This document shows, in pieces, positions 9,814 through 19,454 of a stretch of DNA of 22,643 bases. A program made the position numbers and the translations under genes. Numbering within the stretch: the first letter of the stretch is position 1; every line of letters begins with the position of its first letter. This DNA comes from Squalus acanthias (lineage: Eukaryota): assembly GCA_030390025.1 (NCBI GenBank), contig JASTWF010000341.1, positions 498,001 to 520,643 of the forward strand. Reading direction: 5' to 3'. Under the pieces are notes generated by a model, which saw only the letters and a list, made by a program, of their open reading frames with translations, was not told the DNA's origin and made no database searches.

Positions 9814-10959
9814 AGGAAGGGATTGATGCCACTGAACATAAGAAGGTATTTATGCCAGACCTAAACTTGTAACACTAACTTATTTTTTAATACCTTACAT
9901 GCAATTTCTCACATATTTTGGCTAAACGTTGCAGAAAACATATCCTCTTTCCATGTAAACAATCCGTCTCCTTTTCTGGATTTGTCTGGGACAGTGGACA
10001 GGGCGCATACAGAACTCTTAATAGAATACAACTTTAATTCCTTATGAATTGTGCTTGTACAGTACTGGAAGGGATGTATTCCAGCTTCTTTTTCTTCATC
10101 CAGTATTCTTTATCCCTGAACAACTTAGCTGAGTCCAGCAATCATTCCCTGAAGGGAGTCGAAATAAGCATATTAGTTGAGGTCCAATTCAAACTTGTCT
10201 CTTTGATGTTGTATCATTGTTGGTACCTTGCAGACACAGTTTGCACTCAAACAAAGTGCAGAGATTTGCATTGCTATTTATGGATGCAGTTTCGTGCTTT
10301 CATTCTGGGGATAACTGGCTGGTTCTTCCAGCATAATGACAGCTTTGTTCTGCAGTATATATGATAGTCAGCTCCCTTCAGCCTTTCAAGTGTCAGGCAT
10401 CAAACTAATAAAAATCCAGCCTCCAAGTTTCGATACCCAACGTGGAACACCAACAGGCAAAGATATCACCCTGTAAAAATGACAGCTGGAGCCAGGACGT
10501 GATGCCAGTAGCGGAAATGAGAAATCTAAGGAGGCCAGCGAGATGCCAAAGAAAAAGGAGGGCCACTGAAATGAGAAAATGTTTGAATTATTCCTAGCAA
10601 TTTAAAATGATGCATACACGCTTAAAAAAATTTCATTTAATTTTGTGGGAGATCCGTGAGCAGGTAAAGGGAGAGGAGGCCATGGAGGGGAGTACTGGGA
10701 TTTCCGAGGGCCACCAAAATCAGATGATTTTTTTAATAAATAATTCTAATAAATATATCAACAAATTTAAAATTTAGATTTTAAAGTAATAGCTTAAAAG
10801 TTAACAAGTTAAAAGGTTTGCTATAGACTTTAATGTTTACCTTGTGTAAACCCAGCAAAAAGAAAAGATGCAAGAGAAGGTTCAGAAATTAGCTCCACAG
10901 CCACCCAATGCTCCGATTGTGTCATTACAGTGACATGTTTACATAGGTGGTTTCCATTG

Positions 10960-12287
10960 TTTTTTTTTATTCGTTTATGGGATGTGGGCGTCGCTGGTAA
11001 GGCCAGCATTTATTGCCCATCCCTAATTGCCCTTGAGAAGGTGGTGGTGAGCCAGCCTTCTTGAACCGCTGCAGTCCGTGTAGTGAATGTACTCCCACAG
11101 TGCTGTTAGGTAGGGAGTTTCAGGATTTTGACCCAGCGACGATGAAGGATTGGCGATATACTTCTAAGTCAGGATGGTGTGTGACTTGGAGGGGAACGTG
11201 GAGGTGGTGGTGTTCCCATGCGTTTGCTGCCCTTGTCCTTCTAGGTGGAAGAGGACGCGGGTTTGGGAGGTGCTGCCGAAGAAGCCTTGGTGAGTTGCTG
11301 CAGTGCATCTTGTAGATGGTACACACTGCAGCCACGGTACACCGGTGGTGGAAGGAATGAATGTTTAAGGTGGTAGATGGAGTGCCAATCAAGCGGGCTG
11401 CTTTGTCCTGGATGGTGTCGAGCTTCTTGATGTTGTTGGAGCTGCACTCATCCAGGCAAGTGGAGAGTATTCCATCACACTCCTAACTTGTGCCTTGTAG
11501 ATGATAGAAAGGCTTTGGGGAGTCAGGAAGTGAGACACTCGCCGCAGAATACCTAGCCGCTGACCTGCTCTTGTTGCCACAGTATTTATGTGGCTGGTCC
11601 AGTTAAGTTTCTGGTCAATGGTGACCCCCCAGGATGTTGATGGTGGGGGATTCGGTGATGGTAATGCCATTGAATGTCATGGGGCGGTGGTTAAACTCTC
11701 GCTTGTTGGAGATAGTCATTGCCTGGCACTTCTGTGGCGCGAATGTTACCTGCCACTTATCAGCCCAAGCCTGAACGTTGTCCAGGTCTTGTTGCATGCG
11801 GGCATGGACTGCTTCATTATCTGAGGAGTTGTGAATGGCGCTGAACACTGTGCAGTCATCAGCGAACATCCCCATTTCTGACCTTATGTTGGAGGGAAGG
11901 TCATTGATGAAGCAGCTGAAGATAGTTGGGCCTAGGACACTGCCCTGAGGAACTCCTGCAGCAATGTCCTGGGGCTGTGATGGTTGACCTTCAATCACCT
12001 CAATCATCTTCCTTTGTGCTAGGTATGACTCCAGCCAGTGGAGAGCTTCCCCCGCGATTCCCATTGACTTCAGTTTTACTAGGGCTCCTTCATGCCACAC
12101 TTGGTCAAATGCTGCCTTGATGTCAAGGGCAGTCACTCTCACTTCTCCTCTAGAATTCAGCTCCTTTGTCCATGTTTGGAACAAGGCTGTAATGAGGTCG
12201 GGAGCCAAGTGGTCTTGGCTGAACCCAAACTGGGCATCAGTGAGCAGGTTATTGTTGAGTAAATGCCGCTTGATAGCACTGTTGTCG
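10960..12287 (-). mobile_element. 5'-truncated CR1/Jockey-group LINE with RT domain (same family as 6887-7710)
   Basis: ORF 11615-12319 has AQFGF, ALDIKAAFDQVWH, GVPQGSVLGPTIFSCFINDLP and FADD RT motifs. Frameshifts occur near 11625 and 11430. The poly-T at 10960-10968 is the A-tail. Confidence 0.95.
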
Positions 12288-12544
12288 TATGATTCATTGT
12301 AATGTTCTTCTCCCATCACCTATGGCTACTTTAATGTCCCAGTCACCCTTCACTTGGGTACTAGAAAGCATTGCCTTCTTTCATTGGTACAACCCAGTTT
12401 TACTTTCACAACCAGCTTCCACATTCATTTTTTCAAAGGTCTAATTTTTAATTATATTATTGCATATCATAAACTGGCAGAGAACCAACAAACATTTTTA
12501 TTTACCTCCATCTGAATACACGCAGGTCTGATTGAATGAAACTG

Positions 12545-13580
12545 CTGCTTCTTATATTGGGCTTTGGTGAGACCACACCTGGAGTATGGTGTACAGTTTT
12601 GGTCTCCTTATCTAAGGAGGATATACTTGCCTTAGAGCGGGTGCAACGAAGGTTCACTAGATTGATTCTTGGAATGAGAGGGTTGTCTTATGAGGACAGT
12701 TTGAGTAGAATTGGCTATATTCTCTGGAGTTTAGAAGAATGAGAGGTGATCTCATTGAAGCATATAAAATTCTTAGAGCGCTTGACAGGGTAGATGCTGA
12801 AAGGCTGTTTCCACTGGCTGGAGAGTCTAGAACTAGGGGTCATAGTTTCAGGATCCATCACCCCTGTGCTCGTTGACCTACATTGGCTGCCGGCTAAGCA
12901 ACGCCTGGATTTTAAAATTCTCATCCTGGTTTTCAAATCCCTCCATGGCCTCGCCCCTCCCTATCTCTGTAACCTCCTCCAGCCCTACAACCCCCCCCGA
13001 AATATCTGCGCTCTTCCAGTTCTGGCCTCTTGCTCATCCCCGATTTTAATCGATCCACCATTGGCCGCCGTACCTTGAACTGTCAAGGCCCTAAGCTCTG
13101 GAATTCCTTCCCTAAACTTCTCTGCCTCTCTACCTTTCTTTCCTCCTTTAAGACGCTCCTTAAAACTTACCGATTTGACCAAGCTTTTGGTCATCTGCCC
13201 TAATATCTGCTTTTGTGGTTTGGTGTGAAATTTTGTTTGATAACGCTCCTGTGAAGTGCCTTGGGGCATTTTACTACGTTAAAGGCGCTATATAAATGGA
13301 AGTTGTTGTTGATAAGGGATCGACCATTTAGGACTGAGATGAGGAGAAATTTCTTCACTGAGAGGGTTGTGAATCTTTGGAATTCTCTACCCCAGAGGAC
13401 TGTGGATGCTCAGTCGTTGAGTATATTCAAGACTAAGATCGACAGATTTTTGGACACTAAGGGATATGGGGATAGGGAGGGAAAGTGGAGTTGAGGTAGA
13501 AGATCAGCCATGACCTTATTGAATGGCGGAGCAGGCTCGAGGGGCCGTAAGTCCTACTCTTGCTCCTATTTCTTATGTTC
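12545..13580 (+). mobile_element. 3' end of a CR1 (HER1-like) LINE, split by an L2 insertion (pieces about 12545-12854 and 13311-13580)
   Basis: Degenerate ALVRPHLEY-VQFWSP, LERVQRRFTRLI, RRMRGDLIEAYKI and SRTRGHS. After the insert it resumes with FRTEMRRNFFTERVVNLWNSLP and ends in a CR1-type tail (gcaggctcgaggggccg...cctatttcttatgttc). Confidence 0.9.
12855..13310 (+). mobile_element. 3' end of an L2-clade LINE nested in the CR1
   Basis: ITPVLVDLHWLPAKQRLDFKILILVFKSLHGLAPPYLCNLL (L2 ORF2 C-terminus) and a tail aaaggcgctatataaatggaa(gtt)n. Flanked by a short GAT duplication (12852-12854 / 13311-13313). Confidence 0.9.
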
Positions 13581-14890
13581 CCTTTCACAAGTGACCAATA
13601 ATCAAATTAAATGGAATAAACTATTGCAGTGATTTCCTTTAAGTAAACAGTTTGATGAATATCTGGACATTTCCTTGAAGGTTTTTAGTTTAAGCTGAAA
13701 CTGAGAAGCCAAACTCACATGATATAGAGCACACTGGCCGAGTCCCTGAATGTCCTGTGCACACCATCCCACTCTTTTTTCCTCCCTGTGCGATCCAGTT
13801 CTCCAAGTTGCATTGGTGTTGCAGTTTCAATGCTAGACATGTCCATTGTTTATGCATGTGTTTTTACAATAAAGCAATTAAAATCATTTTTGAAAATCCT
13901 TATCAAATTAAATTGTCTTCTAACCCAGCTAGTCTTTATTATTATTAGCTGATTATGCAAATCTATATCTACAGACAACTGCTGATCTACCATTGTGATT
14001 TACATTGTAGGTTTACTGTTTAGTTTGCTTGGCCAATCAAGACACACTTTATTCCCTAAAGTATATTGTATATATTGTAATATATATGGTCCTACTGCAG
14101 TTTTGGTTTACTGTGTGTTCAGCATTGTGCAAATGTGTTATTTTTAACACAGAGCATAGAAAGAAGTAAACAATGATGGATAGAGTACATTCTGAATAGT
14201 TATTTAACGCTATCTACACTGTGAATTGCTACCAGCATTGACCAGTTGGTCACTGTCAAATCACTCTTGGTAGTGCACATTGAAATCCCCAGAATACATT
14301 CTAAGCCCTACCTTCCCTCAGAGGTTTACCAAATAATGTTTAACATGGAAAAGTACTGATTCATCAGTTGAGGGTGGTGGTAGGTGTTGACCAGCAGGAG
14401 GTTTCCTTGGCTTTATTTGGCCTGAGGCCATGAGACTTTGAAAGGTGCAGAATCAGCGTTGAGGACTCCCAGAACTATTCCCACTCTACTGTATATCACT
14501 GTGCTCCTACCTCTGGTGGATCTGTCCTGCCAGTGCAACAAGCCATACCCAGGGATGGTGATGGAAGAGTATGAGACGTTGACTGCTAGATACAACAACA
14601 ATGTCAGGCTGTTGCTTAATCAATCTGTGGGACAGGTTTCCTAGCTTGGGGACCAGCTCCCACATGTTAGCAAGGAGGACTTTGCAGGGTTGACTGGACT
14701 GAGATTGCCTTAGCCTTTTCACAATAGGATGCTGGACCGTTACCGCTAGACCGTACAGTTTTCTTATTATTTGTACTTTGTTGCTATTGACTACAACTAG
14801 GTGCCTTGCTAGCCTCAGAGGGCATTAAGAGTCAAGCACATAATATGGGACTGGACTCACATGTAGGCCAGACCAGGTATGGGTGTCAGA

Positions 14891-15046
14891 CAATGTTCCC
14901 TTTTAGCGGCCAGGCTGCACTCCAGGGATCCCGTGCAGCCGGTTTGCCGGCATTTCAATACAAAAACCGCGAACGCATGGTATTCTGAATGGCCTGTGCA
15001 GCCTTAAGGGGCCGCGTGGTGTCAGAAAAAATTACAGGGAACATTG
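14891..15046. mobile_element. 156-bp hAT-type MITE
   Basis: Perfect 11-bp TIR caatgttccct (14891-14901) / agggaacattg (15036-15046). 8-bp TSD gtgtcaga (14883-14890) / gtggcaga (15047-15054). Confidence 0.85.
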
Positions 15047-15084
15047 GTGGCAGACTCCCTTCCTTGAAAGTAATTAGTGAACCA

Positions 15085-15913
15085 ACAACAGAAAATGCTG
15101 GAAACACTCAGCAGTCCTGAGGGCGCTCCACTTCTTCCATTTCCCGCACTCTGCTCTCACCCCTTCCCACTGTCCAGGGCCCCAAACGCTCCTTCCAGGT
15201 GAAACAGCGATTTACTTGTAATTCTTGCAATTTAGTGTACTGTATTCACTGCTCACGATGCGGTCTCCTCTACATTGGGGAGACCAAACGCAGATTGGGT
15301 GACCGCTTTGCGGAACACCTCCGTTCAGTCCACAAGCGTGACCCCAAGCTTCCGGTCGCCTGTCTGATCCCACTCTGATCTCTCCGACCTCGGCCTCTTA
15401 CACTGTTCCAACAAAGCTCAACTTAAGCTCGAAGAACAGCACCTCATCTTTCGATTAGGCACTTTACAGCCTTCTGGACTCAACATCGAGTTCAACAATT
15501 TCAGACTATAACCTCGGCCCCCATATTTTTTTCCCTTTTTTTCTCATGGTATCTGTTGATGAATCTGCCATTGCCATTTACACCTCATCTAGAGTCATCT
15601 TTTGTTTCTTAACTTGTCCCATTACCATCTCTTTTTGCCTTGCACCATCATCCCTTTTGTCAGTCAATCTCTCCTGCCTTCCAGCCTATCACAGTCTCTC
15701 CCCTCCTCCCTGTCCCTGCCCTTGCACTTGCTTAAAAGTCTGTTACTTCTCTAATCTTTTCCACTTCTCTAATCTTTTCCACTTCTGACGAAGGGTCCTC
15801 GACCCAAAACGTTAACTCTGTTTCTCTCTCCTCGATGCTGCCTGACCTGCTGAGTGTTTCCAGCATTTTCTGTTGTTATTTCAGATTTCCAGCATCCGCA
15901 GTATTTTGCTATT
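15085..15913 (+). mobile_element. Penelope-like retroelement fragment: GIY-YIG endonuclease plus pseudo-LTR, with an inverted 5' pLTR piece
   Basis: 15172-15511 reads VQGPKRSFQVKQRFTCNSCNLVYCIHCSRCGLLYIGETKRRLGDRFAEHLRSV...PVAC/HSDLSDLGLLHC...KLEEQHLIFRLGTLQPSGLNIEF*. Perfect 31-bp inverted repeat at 15084-15114 / 15847-15877. 15-bp TSD gtaattagtgaacca at 15070-15084 / 15914-15928. Confidence 0.92.
15779..15820 (+). ncRNA. Degenerate minimal type I hammerhead ribozyme in the Penelope pLTR
   Basis: CTGACGA (15785-15791), stem II gggtc-ctc-gaccc (15793-15805), AAAA in place of GAAA (15806-15809), palindromic aacgtt stem III and a TTA triplet. Confidence 0.7.
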
Positions 15914-16674
15914 GTAATTAGTGAACCAGTTGGGTTTTTTTAGCGATCTGGAAGTTTTCATGTTTTGTGGAACATGATTGCGGAATAACTCAAGTAGAAA
16001 ATAACGAATCAGAAGGAGAAAAATCACAGAAATATAAATGAGGGAGAAGAAAATAGACCAACAGCTCAGTGGTCGACAGTCTCAATGTATATGATAGACA
16101 CAAGAAATGTTATTCTAAAGATTAATTTAATGGCAAAGTTCAGCAGTTGACCCCCAATGTAACTAATTTTGGACAGAAGGTGATTTGTAGTCAGAAATTG
16201 GATATGCTGAATAAAATTACACAGAAAAGCAAACATTTACTTGAACCAAAATCACTTTCTCTGAAATTTTAATTGATGTCACATATTTATTTAACACCAC
16301 AGATATAACTCTAAAGAATTTATTACTACTCGTTGCTGTTCAGATCTGTCAGAGCAGTTTGAGTGATTTGTGCCTTAAATAGACCAAATGATGGATATCA
16401 GTCACATTGTGCACTGTATTTACATTAGATGCTCATAAGTACTTTCAGAAACTGGTGATAGATAGACACCATAAATTAAGTGCATATACTATTCATTTAA
16501 AATACTGACAGCCTTATACTGTACAGCATTAAATATATTTTGAAGTATCCGCCTCCCACCATACACTGTACAGAAAATAGTTTTAAAGAACACTCAACTT
16601 GAAGTTAACATTTTTATTTGAACCAATGAAGTCCTTTATTACATTTGATTTTAATTAGACAAATTAGAAACTGT

Positions 16675-17417
16675 GGGGGGAGTTTTAACAAGGGTGAGCG
16701 CATGGGATTAGGTGCAGGTGGGGGTTAAATCTGGAAAAATTCCAAGCACATCAGGAAGTCAGCTCCAACCCACCGACTTCCAGGTTTTACGGAGGCGGGA
16801 CAAGGGGCGGGCAGCCAACCCACTCCCAGGAGGTGGGTTGGCATTTTAAATATGTTAAGGAGGCTGGAAGCCTCTGAGTTAACCTGCTTTGCAGGTTTTA
16901 CTATAGGCAGCTGGGTTTCCCAGGCCTCAGAAAACCTGGCAGCTAAAGCAAGGCGAGGATGGCTTCGGGGAGAAGGTAAGTGCCTTTACAGCACTGCTTG
17001 TGGACCAGGAGGAGCAGGAGTACTTCCCCCTGGCTCCGCAAGCTCTCGCCCCATTAGACCCTCTTTCCCCCCCCCCCCCCTATACAAAGACCCTCAGGGA
17101 CAGGGATCAGATTTCCCCCCTCCCCACAGGGTTGGGGATCTGACCAGCCCCCCCGCCCCTCCCACTGAGGTCATGGATCAGACCCACCTGGTCCTGCAGC
17201 CTGCTCCGGAGAACTCCCTGCCCAACTGGAAGCCAAGGCTGTCACACAGGCTGATATCCGGGTGGGGAACCTGTCTGGGCCAAAAGACGCACACTCTGGT
17301 GTTGAAACTCCACAGCATACGGGGAAACCCAGACTTCCAGGTTTCCTGTCCGAATCTATGCCCCCCTACCCCCCGCCCCCGCCACCTACGTAACCCGCCC
17401 TAGTAAATATCCAGGTC
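16675..17417. mobile_element. GC-rich non-autonomous DNA transposon-like insert (degenerate TIRs)
   Basis: Sharp GC-rich island flanked by TGT on both sides (16672-16674, 17418-17420). The ends match as inverted repeats at only about 12/22. gacttccaggttt is repeated near both ends (about 16775 and 17332). Confidence 0.5.
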
Positions 17418-17854
17418 TGTAATTCTGGTGAGATGTGTTTTACACAAAACACATGAAAATAATAAAGATTTTAGAATAAAATGCTTCCAAGGTATATCAT
17501 ATGTGTACTTAGGTTTGCATATGAGCAGGTCTTAATGTTTTAGGCATTTGGGTTAAGGAAGTTTTTTACAGCAGCCAAATACATTCCCAGAGGTAGCTGG
17601 AGGTACAATTGTGTCCCGACCTGTATTTTGTCCTGTAATGGCGATAGCTACCAAAGGAGGAAATAAGACCACTCAAAGCTGATCTTATCCCAATCACTGT
17701 AGCAACATGCATTCCTTAGTGCTTTTCAGCATCATATTTCCTGAGCAAGATTCCATCCATGTTATGTGGGGAGAGTGGATAGTCATGATAAAATCAGATA
17801 TAATTTGTATGTGATAAAATAGTCCACTAGTAGTAAGGTTGTAAGTTGGTAGTA

Positions 17855-18218
17855 CAGGAAACTCTTTATTAACCGGCACCGACGGGACCGGCGTGGTGCC
17901 GGTTAATCAAAAAGTCCGGATAACGGAGAGTTATATCTCCCAACGTACGAGAGCCCCGTACACACTGACATGCGCCTGCATTCGGAGCTCCGTCTCCCCG
18001 GGGACCGCCAGCTGACCATCTGTCGTGTCCGCTGCCTACCCGGGCTGCACATTCCCCTCCCAATCTACATGCTCCGATACACGGCAAACGCCTCGGGGTT
18101 TTTTTAAAAGTTATTTTTAAAGGAGAGATGAAGGAAAACCCCGGTTACCTACTCAAGAATTTTGCCGGTTAAGAGAGATTTCCGGTTATTTGGGTGCCGG
18201 TTAAAAGAGAGCTTCCTG
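17855..18218. mobile_element. 364-bp Tc1/mariner-superfamily (pogo/Tigger-like) MITE
   Basis: 26-bp TIRs caggaaactctttattaaccggcacc / ggtgccggttaaaagagagcttcctg (23/26 match), TA TSD at 17853-17854 and 18219-18220, and repeated subterminal ccggtta. Confidence 0.9.
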
Positions 18219-18235
18219 TAGCCAGGAAAAATAAC

Positions 18236-18980
18236 GGCCCAAAAATTAGTGAGTGAGCCTTCGTGCGAGGGTAAGGCTTTTCCGCGATCTCTCACTGCGC
18301 GCTGGCTTTTTCAGTCCGAGCTCTCTCGAACTTGATGTTCTGGACAGCAGCTGTGCAGGGCTTTCGTATCCCACAGGCGTAGTTAATTCGTGCGAGCTGT
18401 GGGATCACGTGACTCAGTTAGAGCCAATGGCAGCACACCATCTTTCATTCATAGCTTTCACAGCACGGCTGTGAAAGCTATGAATACTATACCCCCCCAA
18501 AAGAACAGCTAAACCTCAATTAAATTTTTTTTAAAAACCATCACATTAATAAAATAAGTATAGTTAAATAAATTAACCATTTTAAACAAAAAATTAAATT
18601 TTTGAAAAAATTTAAAATCTTTTAAAAAGTTATAAAAATAAACTTACCTGTCTTTAAAGTCTCTAAAAAAGATATACCTGTTAAAAAAAAATTCAAAATA
18701 ATACTTAATTAAGTACTTACCTTGTTAAAAGAGGGTCTTACACCTCCTTTCTTTATGTCTAAAATCTTCCATGCTTACCTGCGCATCCAAAGCACTAAGT
18801 GCACTGCGTGCGCGCAGCCTGTAGCGCGCACGCGGTTCACCTAGGAACCGCCCCCTTTTGAATTCACCAAGTGCCGGTTTTCAGCGCATGTGCAGTGCAT
18901 GCAGAAAACCGGCAATTGGAGACAGAATACGCAAGAGTACACAGTGCGTACTCTCGCGTAGCGGCACTAATTTTTGGGCC
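18236..18980. mobile_element. 745-bp Harbinger/PHIS-like MITE
   Basis: Perfect 16-bp TIR ggcccaaaaattagtg (18236-18251) / cactaatttttgggcc (18965-18980). Flanks AAC / AAT are a probable 3-bp TSD. GC-rich arms surround an AT-rich core. Confidence 0.88.
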
Positions 18981-19279
18981 AATATATACAAAGCATAAAT
19001 TCTGCTAGAATTGCAAGTAGACATCATTATAGTGAGAGAGCAGTTCCTGATTTGAGATAGCAGTAGATTTTCTGTCAGTGATAAACCTACTGACAGTTTT
19101 TGAAATGGGGGAAATGATTGAAAATTGTTACAGCAATCCAGACAATCTAAATAAGATGAATTATATTGTATTGTTTTGTCTTACCCAGAATACTTAACAA
19201 TAAGATCATGGTAAACATTAGTGGGTGAGATGCTATTATTGTAGTGGAGCTGTGCAACTGCAAAAACAAACAAAACATT

Positions 19280-19454
19280 GGTGTAAATTTTCTTCTTCAC
19301 CTCCTGGGCAGTAATCTGGCGGAGCGGATCACCCACCTGTTGTGGAACCTGCCCAATTGAAATCAGTGGAATGAATATTGGATGGATTCTACAATGGGTG
19401 GGTGATCCACTCTGCCAGATTACCCCACAGATGGCAAAGATGAAAATTTAGCCC
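19280..19454. mobile_element. 175-bp fold-back (palindromic) MITE with ATT TSD
   Basis: ATT|GGTGTAAATTTTC ... GAAAATTTAGCCC|ATT. The internal arms gtaatctggcggagcggatcacccacctgttgtggaa and ttctacaatgggtgggtgatccactctgccagattac are near-complementary. Confidence 0.85.

Larger units (their letters stand above)
14230..15962 (-). mobile_element. Decayed 5' part (5' region plus APE endonuclease) of a CR1/Jockey-group LINE, split into 14230-14890, 15047-15084 and 15914-15962
   Basis: Minus-strand LLANMWELVPKLGNLSHRLIKQQPDIV, SSITIPGY..QDRSTRG..TVIYSR and GDFNVH (14290-14273) are APE-domain motifs. The upstream sequence is homologous to 3288-3408. Confidence 0.85.

Noticed and set aside
9880..10720. 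Coding-looking stretches (ORF 10044-10364; ASSGNEKSKEASEMPKKKEGH* near 10500) as an exon or transposase relic
   Set aside because: No convincing splice sites or recognisable motifs. A TBLASTX/Dfam search would be needed.
10950..12300. cattgt on both sides of the minus-strand LINE as a TSD
   Set aside because: Only 6 bp match, and they are offset from the apparent 5' junction.
11615..12319. 234-aa RT ORF as a functional or domesticated gene, or a retron-like system
   Set aside because: It is a 5'-truncated LINE. The start codon lies in flanking DNA, downstream frameshifts are present, and there is no associated ncRNA or partner gene.
16852..17403. 183-aa Pro-rich ORF
   Set aside because: It lies inside a GC-rich MITE-like insert with poly-C runs, and long ORFs arise by chance at this composition.
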